Shown: piece by piece, positions 10,327 through 20,846 of the stretch
Layout: every line of letters starts with the position of its first letter
Position numbering within the stretch: position 1 is the stretch's first letter
Translations under genes and position numbers: made by a program
Assembly (NCBI GenBank): GCA_051892935.1
Contig: JBJFGS010000025.1
Location: forward strand, 32,001-96,000
DNA length: 64,000 nucleotides
Origin: Candidatus Coprovivens sp.
GTDB taxonomy: Bacteria; Bacillota_I; Bacilli_A; RF39; UBA660
Reading direction: 5' to 3'
Notes under the pieces: model-generated
Databases searched by the model: none
The model's input: only the letters and a program-made list of their open reading frames with translations
Told to the model about the DNA's origin: nothing

Positions 10327-12090
10327 ATGGGAAAAATTAAAGTAATGAGCGAAAATCTAGCTAACAAAATAGCAGCTGGTGAAGTAGTAGAAAAATGTGC
10401 ATCAGTTGTAAAAGAACTAGTAGAAAATAGTATAGATGCAGAATCTACATCAGTTAAAATAGATTTACTAGATGGTGGATTAAAAGAAATAAAAATAACT
10501 GATAACGGAATAGGTATGGAAAGCGAAGATGCTTTACTTGCTTTCCAAAGACACGCTACCAGTAAATTAATAAGAGAAGATGATTTATTCTTTATAAATA
10601 CCTTAGGATTCCGTGGTGAAGCCTTACCATCAATCGCCTCCGTATCTGAAGTTGATTTAATTACCTGTGCAACTGATGTAGGAACTCATATTCATATCAA
10701 AGGTGGTAAGCTTGAAATAAACGAACCATCAGATGCTAGAAAAGGAACAATAATAACAATATCTAACTTATTTTATAATACACCAGCTAGATTGAAATAT
10801 CTAAAAAGTGAACAATACGAACTAGCTAATACAGTATCATTCATCGAAAAATTATCTTTATCATACCCTGAAATAAAATTTGAACTTACCAATAACGGAA
10901 AAACAATTGTTAAAACAAGTGGTTCAAACAACCTTTTAAAAACAATTCATGAAATATATGGCTTAAACGTATCTAGTAACATGCTCGAAGTAAAAGGTTC
11001 AACTGATGATTATGATATGTATGGTTATATCTGTAAACCAGAAGTATTAAAATCAAATAGAAATCACATGATAACTATAGTAAATGGTAGAGTAGTAAGA
11101 AATAATGAACTAAATAGAGCAATTAATGATGCATATTATACATACAAACCAGATATTAAATTTCCAATAGTAGTATTAAAATTCGAAACAGATCCAACAT
11201 TAATAGATGTTAATATTCATCCAACCAAGCAAGATATAAAACTTAGTAAAGAAAATGAACTATATAATATGATAGTAGATACAATTAAAAAGAAACTATA
11301 TCAAGAATTACTAATACCAAACGCCTTAAAAGAAGAAGCAGTAATAACATTACCAAGTACTATGATAAAAAATGAAATAGTAGAAGAAAAAACTAAAGAA
11401 ATAGAAAGTAAATCATTTCAAACAGAATTAGACTTAAGTGTTAAAGAAGAACCATTCGAATATGAAACAGAAGTAAAAGAAGTAATAATAAATCCCGAAT
11501 TAAAAAAACTTGTCCTATATCCAGTAGGACTAGCACTAGGTACATACATTATTGCTCAAAATGATGAGGGAGTATATTTAATTGATCAACACGCCGCTCA
11601 AGAACGAATAAACTACGATAAATATTTAAAAGCACTAAAAGAAGAAAAAACTACAACAATAGCTCCACTATTTCCAATCAATATTGAACTTAATAGTAGT
11701 GACTATCTAACTATAAAAGAAAACATTAATATCTTAACAAATCTAGGATTTGTAATAGAAGAATTTGGTCTAAATACATTTACTATAAAAGAACACCCTA
11801 CATGGTTAAAAAATGGCTATGAAGAAGAATCAATCCATAAAATATTTGATTCTATTATAAGTATTGGTTCACGCTTCGATAGAGTAAAATTTAATGAACA
11901 TATTGCTATAACATTAGCATGTAAAATGTCCATAAAAGCAAATACTAATATAAGTCATGAAGCTCAAGAAGAAATACTAAGAGAACTTGTAAATACTGAT
12001 AATCCATACAACTGCCCTCATGGGCGTCCAACTATTATTAAATTTTCTATTTATGATTTAGAAAAAATGTTTAAAAGAGCAATGAACTAA
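10327..12090 (+). CDS. mutL: DNA mismatch repair endonuclease MutL
   Basis: IAAGEVVE, GFRGEAL, DVNIHPTK, DQHAAQER, CPHGRP. Confidence 0.98.
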   Translation: MGKIKVMSENLANKIAAGEVVEKCASVVKELVENSIDAESTSVKIDLLDGGLKEIKITDNGIGMESEDALLAFQRHATSKLIREDDLFFINTLGFRGEALPSIASVSEVDLITCATDVGTHIHIKGGKLEINEPSDARKGTIITISNLFYNTPARLKYLKSEQYELANTVSFIEKLSLSYPEIKFELTNNGKTIVKTSGSNNLLKTIHEIYGLNVSSNMLEVKGSTDDYDMYGYICKPEVLKSNRNHMITIVNGRVVRNNELNRAINDAYYTYKPDIKFPIVVLKFETDPTLIDVNIHPTKQDIKLSKENELYNMIVDTIKKKLYQELLIPNALKEEAVITLPSTMIKNEIVEEKTKEIESKSFQTELDLSVKEEPFEYETEVKEVIINPELKKLVLYPVGLALGTYIIAQNDEGVYLIDQHAAQERINYDKYLKALKEEKTTTIAPLFPINIELNSSDYLTIKENINILTNLGFVIEEFGLNTFTIKEHPTWLKNGYEEESIHKIFDSIISIGSRFDRVKFNEHIAITLACKMSIKANTNISHEAQEEILRELVNTDNPYNCPHGRPTIIKFSIYDLEKMFKRAMN

Positions 12091-12127
12091 AAAAGAACTA
12101 TTTGTGATTCACTTCCAAAAGTTCTTT

Positions 12128-12988
12128 TTATTTTATTAAATTTCTAAACTCACTAATACCTATATCATATAAATAATCATCTTCTGTAAATAAAACATCT
12201 ATAAGTCTTTTTGTAGTACAACTACCAACCAAGACCATCTCTATATATTCTAAAGTAGTTTCCTTATCTTCTAAATACCTACTAAATAATTTCATCGCAT
12301 AGTAAAAAGAATTTAAATACATAATACATTTTCTATAACAAGTTGTAAATCCTATTATATCATCATCACATATATATCTTTTATCTTTAGTTAAGTTAAT
12401 ATATAAATCTGCAATATCCTTCATTAAATATTCACGTTTCTTAAAAACAGCAAAATCATTACTTTCAAAAGCACTAATTAACTCCAATGTTATAGGAATT
12501 ACTTCTTCATCGGTATAAACTCCTCTGCATTCCAAAGGATTAAGTTCTTTTAATATATGAGAAACTTCATGTTCTAAAAAATGTACAGAAGATAAAGAAA
12601 AGTAATCAGGAAGAATAATTGAATTAGGAACCTTATAGTAAGAATCTCCATTAAAAGCGATATCTGATATAACACTGAAATCAAAATCATACATACTTAA
12701 ATGCTTTTTATACTTAATACTTGATAAAATACTATTTACAGCACCACCTACATGAACAAAACCAACTCCCTGAGTACTAAAAAAATTCTTAGTATCAGCC
12801 ATTAATTTATCAAAAGAAATATCATTATCATCAATTAAAGAATTATTATTATAATGCGAAATAATATCACGAGTAACCAAATCACTATGTTTCAATTGAG
12901 TAGAATCTAAAGGATATGGCGAAAACAAAGCAAAAGACCTAGACAACTCATCATATCTTTTCTTATTTAAAGTGTCATAATAAAGCAT
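12128..12988 (-). CDS. Hypothetical protein with an HEXXH zinc-metallopeptidase-like motif
   Basis: LEHEVSHILKE plus downstream EE; likely start MLYYDT after agggg RBS. Confidence 0.6.
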   Translation of the reverse strand: MLYYDTLNKKRYDELSRSFALFSPYPLDSTQLKHSDLVTRDIISHYNNNSLIDDNDISFDKLMADTKNFFSTQGVGFVHVGGAVNSILSSIKYKKHLSMYDFDFSVISDIAFNGDSYYKVPNSIILPDYFSLSSVHFLEHEVSHILKELNPLECRGVYTDEEVIPITLELISAFESNDFAVFKKREYLMKDIADLYINLTKDKRYICDDDIIGFTTCYRKCIMYLNSFYYAMKLFSRYLEDKETTLEYIEMVLVGSCTTKRLIDVLFTEDDYLYDIGISEFRNLIK

Positions 12989-13088
12989 AAAAATCCCCCT
13001 TAATAAGAAAATTCTATCATAAAGATAATATATAATCAAAATTACCCCTTTATTTTAAAATAAATGCTATAATAATATTAAAGGGAAG

Positions 13089-13961
13089 ATGAGTATGATT
13101 ATATGTATAGTAGGACCTACTGGAGTAGGTAAAACGAAGTTATCAATAGAACTAGCAAAAAAATATAACGCAATCATTGTAAATTGTGATGCAATGCAAG
13201 TATATAAAGACCTTAATATTGGTACTGCTAAAGTAACAGAAGAAGAAAAAGAAAACATTCCTCATTACCTTTTTGATATAAAAGAAGTAGATGAAGATTA
13301 CACAGTATTTGATTATCAAAAAGACGCTCGGAATATTATCGAAAATAACAAAGATAAAAATATTATCTTTGTAGGAGGAACCGGCTTATATTTAAAAGCA
13401 ACACTTTTTGATTATCACTTCACTGAAGAAAACACTCCTAAAAAAGATTATTCAAGATACACAAATGAAGAACTATATAAAATGGTAAAAGAAAAAGACC
13501 AAAATACTCAAATTCACCCTAATAATAGAATAAGACTAGAAAGATTCTTAAATAAAGATGATATAAGCTATTATAAACCAATTAAATTATATAATCATTA
13601 TCTTATAGGATTAACAACAGATAGAACTATCTTATATGATAGAATAAACAAAAGAGTCGATACTATGATAGAAAATGGTCTTATTGAGGAAGTAAAACAC
13701 TTTTACGACAAAAACATAAGAACCAAACCATTAATAGGTGGAATAGGGTATAAAGAATTATACGAATACTTTGATAACAAAATTACTAAAGAAGAAGCGA
13801 TAGATAAAATAAAACAAAACTCTAGAAGATATGCTAAAAGACAATATACATTCTTTAATAATCAACTAGACGTTAAATGGTTTGATGTTGACTTTAATAA
13901 CTTTAATAATACAATTAAAAATGTTATAAATTATATAGAAGATGGTGAAAAAAATGATTGA
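13089..13961 (+). CDS. miaA: tRNA dimethylallyltransferase
   Basis: GPTGVGKT, DAMQVY..LNIGTAK, VGGTGLY, IGYKE, YAKRQ. Confidence 0.97.
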   Translation: MSMIICIVGPTGVGKTKLSIELAKKYNAIIVNCDAMQVYKDLNIGTAKVTEEEKENIPHYLFDIKEVDEDYTVFDYQKDARNIIENNKDKNIIFVGGTGLYLKATLFDYHFTEENTPKKDYSRYTNEELYKMVKEKDQNTQIHPNNRIRLERFLNKDDISYYKPIKLYNHYLIGLTTDRTILYDRINKRVDTMIENGLIEEVKHFYDKNIRTKPLIGGIGYKELYEYFDNKITKEEAIDKIKQNSRRYAKRQYTFFNNQLDVKWFDVDFNNFNNTIKNVINYIEDGEKND

Positions 13962-14709
13962 AATTAATAATGTATCAAAAAAATTTACAAAAATAATAAG
14001 TAAAAAAGAAAAAAAAGAATTCCTTGCCGATGATAATATCTCACTAATTGCCAAAGAAGGTGAAGTAGTAGGTATTCTAGGACCAAATGGAGCTGGTAAA
14101 ACAACACTTCTACGTATGATAGCTGGTATCATGACTCCTAATGAAGGAACTATAAAAATAGATAATCAAACATACAAAAATAATGCTGAAGAAATAAAAA
14201 GAAAAATATCATACTTATCAGGTAACACTAAATTATATAAAGATATTTCTCCATACGAATTGTTTAAAATGTGCTGTTCCTACTATAACGTTCCTAAAGA
14301 TATTGAAGAAAAAAGAATAAACGAAATATCAGAAAGATTTAATTTAACTGAATTACTTCATCAAAAAATTGGTAATCTTTCAACAGGTCAACTACAAAGA
14401 GTTAATATAGCTCGCTGTATAATTCATAATCCTAGTTATTACATCTTTGATGAAGCAACAAGTGGATTAGATATTATATCAAGCAAAGTAATAATCGACT
14501 TTATCAAAGAAGAAAAAAAGAATAATAAATGTATAATATATTCAACACACTATATGGAAGAGGCTGAAAACATATGTGATCGTGTAATACTAATACATCA
14601 AGGAAAAATCATCAAAGAAGGAACCCCAAAAGATATTATTAAAGAAACTAAAACAACCAACTTACGTGATGCCTTTTTCGAACTAATAGGAGGTGTTTCA
14701 AATGAATAA
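13954..14709 (+). CDS. ABC transporter ATP-binding protein (NatA-like)
   Basis: GPNGAGKTT, LSTGQ, FDEATSGLD, STH. Confidence 0.9.
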   Translation: MIEINNVSKKFTKIISKKEKKEFLADDNISLIAKEGEVVGILGPNGAGKTTLLRMIAGIMTPNEGTIKIDNQTYKNNAEEIKRKISYLSGNTKLYKDISPYELFKMCCSYYNVPKDIEEKRINEISERFNLTELLHQKIGNLSTGQLQRVNIARCIIHNPSYYIFDEATSGLDIISSKVIIDFIKEEKKNNKCIIYSTHYMEEAENICDRVILIHQGKIIKEGTPKDIIKETKTTNLRDAFFELIGGVSNE

Positions 14710-15850
14710 TATACTAGTAACTATAAAGAAAGAATTAAGAAGTATTCTAAGAGATAAAAAAACTATTGCCGTATTATTTATATACCCAATTATGATTCCT
14801 CTAATGGTCATATTATATGGTAATATATACGAAAACTTAGATACCGAAGTATCTGAATATACAATAGGTATTAATTATGAACCAAATGAGCAAGAAAAAA
14901 TTATACTAGATGAACTTCATTTAAATTATCAAATAAAAGAAAATACAGATGAACTAAAAGAATTATATAAAGAAAAAGAAATAACTGGATATATAGAATA
15001 TCAAGATTCTACAAACAACTATAATCTTTATATAGACACAAGTAATACAGCAGGAATTACAACAGCGGAATTAATATATGAATATCTAGATAGTTATAGC
15101 ACACTTATTACTAATAATTATCTTGTAAATGAAGGAATAGATCTAGAAAAAGCATATAACAACTTTACAATTTCAGAAAATGAAATAAGTAGTAACAATT
15201 ATGTTGTAGTCATATTACTTAGCATATCTATTACTTATATAATACTATCTATATGTATTTCAACAAGTAATATGGCTATTCAAACAACAGCAACAGAAAA
15301 AGAAAATGGTACTTTAGAAACAATCTTAACATTCCCAATTAAAAAGACTGAATTAATAGTTGGAAAATACTTATCATCAGTAATAATAGGTTTATCTAGT
15401 GCTTTATGTAGTCTAATGTTTATGGTTATTAGTTTCTATATTGGAAAAAATCAATATACAATATTTGAAAATTTAAACATTTCACTATCATTAAAAACAA
15501 TAATCGGAAGCATTATTATAGCAACCGCAGCATCAATCTTTATCGGAGGAATATCTTTACTATTAACTGCATCAGCTAAGTCATATAAAGAAGCCCAAGG
15601 TCAAAGCAGTTTAATAACATTAATAGCAACAATTCCGATGTTTGTTCAATTACTAGAAATAGATATTACAAAAGTATATTATATGATACCAATATGTAAT
15701 ATGACCCAAGTATTAAATGATTTATTTACTAATAATATAAATATAATAAATATTCTTATTACAACAATTTCAACACTATGTTATACAATAATCGTAATAA
15801 TCTATATTGTAAAAAGTTACAATAGTGAAAAAATCTTATTTTCAAACTAA
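14702..15850 (+). CDS. ABC-2 permease (NatB-like)
   Basis: KKELRSILRD, EKENGTLETILT.P, AKSYKEAQ. Confidence 0.85.
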   Translation: MNNILVTIKKELRSILRDKKTIAVLFIYPIMIPLMVILYGNIYENLDTEVSEYTIGINYEPNEQEKIILDELHLNYQIKENTDELKELYKEKEITGYIEYQDSTNNYNLYIDTSNTAGITTAELIYEYLDSYSTLITNNYLVNEGIDLEKAYNNFTISENEISSNNYVVVILLSISITYIILSICISTSNMAIQTTATEKENGTLETILTFPIKKTELIVGKYLSSVIIGLSSALCSLMFMVISFYIGKNQYTIFENLNISLSLKTIIGSIIIATAASIFIGGISLLLTASAKSYKEAQGQSSLITLIATIPMFVQLLEIDITKVYYMIPICNMTQVLNDLFTNNINIINILITTISTLCYTIIVIIYIVKSYNSEKILFSN

Positions 15851-15873
15851 AAAGAACTCATAGAGTTCTTTTT

Positions 15874-16794
15874 TTAATTCTTAAATTCTAAATAAAAATC
15901 AGCATCAAAAACATGTTCATTTTCTTTTTTATCTAATCTTAATAATTCTTCTGTATCTATTAAGAAATAAGTATGATCTAAAATATCTTTACCATTCAAA
16001 GTAACAGGATCATCCCAAGTTAAATCTAAGTGTAGCCACTTTCCATTAACAAAAACAGCGTTCCAAATATGATTACTACTAGCAATCTTAAAATTCTTAA
16101 TTCCTAACTTTTCTAACATAACAGCCATCGTATCCGTATAACCACTACAAACGGCATAATGTTCAAATAATAGACCAGTCATTCTCGAAGAATCATATAT
16201 ACTATCATCAGTTTCTTCACGCGTCTTATCATATTTAGTATTATTTATAATATAATTATGTAAAGTCTTTATTATTTCTACCTCATTCATATTAGAAGAA
16301 ATATTATTAGAAATAATTCTATTTATCTCATTATCTATTCTTACAATTTCTTCACTAGTATAAACATATTTAACATTAACCGTAATTTCACCAGTATCGT
16401 CATATAAAGTTTTTATAGTAGAATAACTATTATAAGGATGAACATAATTATTAATTTCCGATAATAAAACCTCATCATAACTAATTAAAGATACATCATT
16501 TAAACATTCAGCATATTCAACAGGACAATAAAAAGTAAAAGTTTCCCAACCCTGATTTAAAATACTATAAAAAATATTCACTAAATCTTCATAACTATAA
16601 GGGACATAAGTTGTTACTTGTTTTACTTTTATAAAATCACCATCTTTTTGATAACCATTCCCTGGATATATAACAACTTCTCTTTCTTTAAATAGATCAT
16701 CTAATCTATCAATAATAACATCTCTATTAATAAAGATAACACCTACAATAATAATAGTAACTAAAAAAGAAATAAGTTTCTTTATCTTTATCAT
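15874..16794 (-). CDS. Membrane-anchored transglutaminase-like protein
   Basis: VCSGY, HIWNAV, LDLTWDD catalytic triad motifs; N-terminal TM. Confidence 0.85.
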   Translation of the reverse strand: MIKIKKLISFLVTIIIVGVIFINRDVIIDRLDDLFKEREVVIYPGNGYQKDGDFIKVKQVTTYVPYSYEDLVNIFYSILNQGWETFTFYCPVEYAECLNDVSLISYDEVLLSEINNYVHPYNSYSTIKTLYDDTGEITVNVKYVYTSEEIVRIDNEINRIISNNISSNMNEVEIIKTLHNYIINNTKYDKTREETDDSIYDSSRMTGLLFEHYAVCSGYTDTMAVMLEKLGIKNFKIASSNHIWNAVFVNGKWLHLDLTWDDPVTLNGKDILDHTYFLIDTEELLRLDKKENEHVFDADFYLEFKN

Positions 16795-16844
16795 ATAATC
16801 ACCATAGATTAATTATATCATAACAAAAAAAAAATGAAGTAAAA

Positions 16845-17108
16845 TTACTTCATGTCTTTAACTTTTTTATTTAATCTTGATTTTTCTCTATCAGCAGCAT
16901 TCTTTTTCATAACGCCTTTGCTAACAGCTTTATCAATGTTCTTTTGTACTTTTTTAACAGCTTCAGTAGCAGCGGCTACATCTTTAGCAGCTATAGCTTT
17001 TTCGCATTCTTTAATAGTATTTTTTACTCTAGCTTTATAATCATGATTAGCTTCTGTCTTCTTTGCTATAACTTTGATTGCTTTTTTAGAACTCTTAATA
17101 TTAGCCAT
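16845..17108 (-). CDS. rpsT: 30S ribosomal protein S20
   Basis: MANIKSSKK...IDKAVSKG..KKNAADREKSRL. Confidence 0.97.
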   Translation of the reverse strand: MANIKSSKKAIKVIAKKTEANHDYKARVKNTIKECEKAIAAKDVAAATEAVKKVQKNIDKAVSKGVMKKNAADREKSRLNKKVKDMK

Positions 17109-17239
17109 CTTCGTCGCTCCTTCCCTTGAATACAAATAGAATTATACTAAATTATCAAGATAAATGCAAGCAAAAGTAAAAAAATCGACTTAATTTTAAA
17201 GAACATTTTCTTATACTCATCAAGAGGGAGAAATAATTT

Positions 17240-18145
17240 ATGAAAAAAAGATTTAAATCTCGTAAATTAAAGAAACTAAATATTATTAAATTATCTTTAA
17301 TAATCATTGTATTTATAATATCATTATATATTTCATATAATATACTTTACTACACATATTTATCAAAACTATCTAATTATGAAATAATAACTCACATTAT
17401 AGAAAATACTAAGAATACTAAATATGAAGGAACGCTAATCGATAATTACTTAAATCCCAAAAATATAATAAGCAACAATTTTAAAATAAAAGAGAATAAT
17501 TCAATTCCTGTAGATAGTAAAGTAAATAAAGATTCTATTATTTACATATATAGTACTCATGAAGGAGAATCATACCAAGATAAATATTTAGAACTATACA
17601 ATATAAGACCAACAGTCAAAACAATGTCTTTAATTCTTCAAGATTATCTAAATGATTATGGTATTTCTACAATAGTAGAGAATGATAGTATAACTGATAT
17701 TTTAAAAGAAAATAACTGGTCCTACAAATATAGCTATGATGCATCAAGAACACTCATAAAAAAAGTATTAGAAGAAAATACATCTTTAAAGCTAGTAATA
17801 GATTTACATCGTGATTCATCAAAATTAGAAAAAACTCTATTAGAATATAATAATAAAAAATATGCCAAAATACTTTTTGTCGTAGGCAAAGAACATAACG
17901 GATATGAAAAGAATTATCAGCTAGCAGAGCAATTAAAAAATATGTTAGAAGAAGAAATACCTGGTATAACAAGAGGAATAAGTTTAAAAAGTGGTCCAGG
18001 AGTTAATGGTATATATAATCAAGACCTAAGTCCTAAATGTATCTTAATCGAATTAGGAGGTCAATATAACGAAATAGAAGAGTTAAATAACTCAATAGAA
18101 ATATTATCAAAAGTATTCTTAAAATACATAGAAGGTGATATATGA
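17240..18145 (+). CDS. spoIIP: Stage II sporulation amidase SpoIIP
   Basis: IYIYSTHEGESY, DLHRDS, GIYNQDL, LIELGG..N; divergent from rpsT as in Bacillus. Confidence 0.9.
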   Translation: MKKRFKSRKLKKLNIIKLSLIIIVFIISLYISYNILYYTYLSKLSNYEIITHIIENTKNTKYEGTLIDNYLNPKNIISNNFKIKENNSIPVDSKVNKDSIIYIYSTHEGESYQDKYLELYNIRPTVKTMSLILQDYLNDYGISTIVENDSITDILKENNWSYKYSYDASRTLIKKVLEENTSLKLVIDLHRDSSKLEKTLLEYNNKKYAKILFVVGKEHNGYEKNYQLAEQLKNMLEEEIPGITRGISLKSGPGVNGIYNQDLSPKCILIELGGQYNEIEELNNSIEILSKVFLKYIEGDI

Positions 18146-18468
18146 AAAATTCTGTAAAAGCCTGGATTATCTTTCGTCGAATTCTTTTTATATTATTTAT
18201 CTTTTTTATAATAAACTACTTTCAAGCTGAAAGTAATAATAATCTCCTTACCAAAAAAACAATATTAACAGAAGAACAAATAAAAGAATTCGAAAGTGAT
18301 GTAAAAAATGGAAAGTTCGTTGATATAAAAGATTACACATCAATAAATACAGTCGACACATCGAATAGCATATCAAATATAGGATATGAACTAGGTAACG
18401 AAATAAGTGAATTCTTTGGCGTTAAAATAATTGATTTTATAGAATTTATTAGCAACTTTGTAACATAA
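18142..18468 (+). CDS. Small membrane protein (positional analogue of YqxA)
   Basis: Coupled to spoIIP; N-terminal TM. Confidence 0.6.
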   Translation: MKNSVKAWIIFRRILFILFIFFIINYFQAESNNNLLTKKTILTEEQIKEFESDVKNGKFVDIKDYTSINTVDTSNSISNIGYELGNEISEFFGVKIIDFIEFISNFVT

Positions 18469-18528
18469 AATAAAGATTGCAACAACAAATTCATTATGAT
18501 ATAATTCTTCTCTTAAGGAGGATTTTTT

Positions 18529-19110
18529 ATGGAAACAGACAATCGTCGCTATCTTTTAGTAATAAAAAGAAAAAACAATGACTTTCTTCCTATTGAATGG
18601 AATTTAACAAGATTCTATGCTGGTGAAGATTTAAATACACTTGAAGGAATAGATGCCTTTACAAGAAAAATAAATTATAAAGAATTAGTAAAAGAAATAG
18701 TTGATAAAAATCTTGCAGATCCAAATGAAGAATTTGAAAGCTTTGCAATAATATACATATCAAAAGGTAAAACAAGAGAATTAAAAGAAGGAACTTTCTT
18801 TAAAGAAGATAATATTATCTTTAGTGAAGATGACTTAATAAAACTTATAGTAAAAAATCGTACTAACAAAGAATTCTTAAATCATATATTCAATATATGT
18901 CATTTTAAAGATCAAGAAGAAAAAGTAACAGAATTCAAATTTATCATAAAAAACTTAGATATGTTTGAAGCCAAAGGAACAAATGGTATAATTGGTGCTT
19001 TATCAATATTTAAGTCAATAAGTTATGCCAAAAAAAGAACTATTATATTAAGAATAACCGATACTATATTAAAGAAAATGTCCGATGAAAGTATAACACT
19101 AAGTCAATAA
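18529..19110 (+). CDS. Hypothetical protein
   Basis: aggagg RBS; sigma-A-like promoter upstream. Confidence 0.75.
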   Translation: METDNRRYLLVIKRKNNDFLPIEWNLTRFYAGEDLNTLEGIDAFTRKINYKELVKEIVDKNLADPNEEFESFAIIYISKGKTRELKEGTFFKEDNIIFSEDDLIKLIVKNRTNKEFLNHIFNICHFKDQEEKVTEFKFIIKNLDMFEAKGTNGIIGALSIFKSISYAKKRTIILRITDTILKKMSDESITLSQ

Positions 19111-19163
19111 CATAATTGCATTAAATCAAAAAATATCTTATATTAATAATAGGAAGTGATATT

Positions 19164-19868
19164 ATGACTTTATCTGACAAAGAATATAGAAACATAATAG
19201 ATTTTTTAGAAGCAAATACAACTTATGATATTGGTGAATTAGTGACTAGAACAGATGGCCAATTATATAATATGAAAAAAAGAATTGAAGAAGCAATAAT
19301 TAAGTACCCAGAGGAAATATATAAATTCTATGAAGAACATCCTGATTATCACCCAAGACACACATTAGAAGAATTAAAAAAAATGAAATATAACGAATTA
19401 GCTAATATAAGGAAATCCCTAAAAATACGTAAAAGAAAGAAAGTAAAAAAAGTCGAAGAAGCACCTTCTACTGTTACTAAAGCACGTCAGGCTTTAAAAC
19501 AACAATCAACCATAGAAACTATAAAAAACATTGTAGCAAGCAATGTTGAATCAGAAGAAAAAGAACAAGATGAATATCAGTTCTTAACTAGAGCAGAAGC
19601 TACCGCAATGTACGGAGAAGATATAACAGATGAATACTTAGAAGAAAGAGGATTCAAACTGTATGAACCAATAGGTCGTATATATAATGAAAATGAAGAA
19701 AGATATTTACTAATAAGTTCTCTCGAAGGAATAGAACTATCATTAAACGGAACACCTATAACAAATAACGAATTACTTACATTAGATATAGATGAACTCC
19801 ATTACCTTTATCAAATAGCTACTAAATTAGAAGAAAAAATATCAGAAAAAAAAGGACTCAAATTATAA
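19164..19868 (+). CDS. Hypothetical protein with short helix-extension-helix-like motifs
   Basis: HTLEELKKMKYNELANIRKSLKI resembles a Rho-N/LEM-type motif. Confidence 0.65.
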   Translation: MTLSDKEYRNIIDFLEANTTYDIGELVTRTDGQLYNMKKRIEEAIIKYPEEIYKFYEEHPDYHPRHTLEELKKMKYNELANIRKSLKIRKRKKVKKVEEAPSTVTKARQALKQQSTIETIKNIVASNVESEEKEQDEYQFLTRAEATAMYGEDITDEYLEERGFKLYEPIGRIYNENEERYLLISSLEGIELSLNGTPITNNELLTLDIDELHYLYQIATKLEEKISEKKGLKL

Positions 19869-19907
19869 AAGAGTCCTTTTTATGTTATAATCTATATAGG
19901 TGATAAT

Positions 19908-20810
19908 ATGAGCAACTTAGACAATAATATAAAAGAATTTCTAAAATATCTGTCTAATGAAAAAAGATATCCTAACACAACTATCGAAAGTTACAAAAGA
20001 GATTTAGATAATTATTATAGTTATATTACTTTAAAAAAAATAAACTACAAAGAAATAAATAAAGACGAAATAAGAGATTACTTAAAATACTTAGATGATT
20101 TAAAGTATTCAAAGACAACTATTTCAAGAATACTAAGTACATTAAGACATTTCTATTCATATCTTGTAATACATAAAAAAATAGAAACAAATAACTTTAA
20201 ATTAATAAGAAATCCTAAGAAAGAAAAAAAATTACCAAACTTCTTACAAGGAGATGAACTAGAAAAAATATTTGATACCATAAATTTAGATACACCATTA
20301 GGTATAAGAAATCGTTTAATAATAGAATTACTATATGCATCAGGTATCAGAGTATCAGAACTAACCAATCTAAAATTACAAGATATAGACTTAAATAATA
20401 AAGAAATAAGAATAGTTGGTAAAGGTAATAAAGAAAGAATAGTATATTTTGGAGAATATGCCCAAAAATATTTAAAAATGTACCTAGAAGAATCAAGAAA
20501 CATCTTACTAAACAATAAACAGTCATCAAATCTTCTAATTAATCATTCTGGAGAACCCCTAACTACTAGAGGAGTAGAAATGATAATAGAAAACATTGTT
20601 AAAGAAGCATCTATCAAACACAATATCTCTCCTCATTCCCTAAGACACACATTTGCAACAGATCTTTTAAATAACGGAGCAGACTTAAAAAGTGTTCAAG
20701 AACTTCTTGGTCACTCATCATTATCTACTACTCAAATATATACACATATTACAAACGAAAGATTAAGAAGCGTTTATTTGCAAACTTTTCCAAGGCAAAA
20801 AGAAAAATAA
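19908..20810 (+). CDS. xerC: Tyrosine recombinase XerC/CodV
   Basis: GIRVSEL, GKGNKER, HSLRHTFATDLL, LLGH, TQIYTH; chromosomal context with dif in the window. Confidence 0.85.
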   Translation: MSNLDNNIKEFLKYLSNEKRYPNTTIESYKRDLDNYYSYITLKKINYKEINKDEIRDYLKYLDDLKYSKTTISRILSTLRHFYSYLVIHKKIETNNFKLIRNPKKEKKLPNFLQGDELEKIFDTINLDTPLGIRNRLIIELLYASGIRVSELTNLKLQDIDLNNKEIRIVGKGNKERIVYFGEYAQKYLKMYLEESRNILLNNKQSSNLLINHSGEPLTTRGVEMIIENIVKEASIKHNISPHSLRHTFATDLLNNGADLKSVQELLGHSSLSTTQIYTHITNERLRSVYLQTFPRQKEK

Positions 20811-20846
20811 TATGATATAATATATAAAATAGGAAGGAAGAAGAAA

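Noticed and set aside
19908-20810. Phage or island integrase / integron integrase
   Set aside because: Typical ~300-aa XerC/D sequence with no arm-binding domain or IntI-specific insertion, and no phage genes nearby
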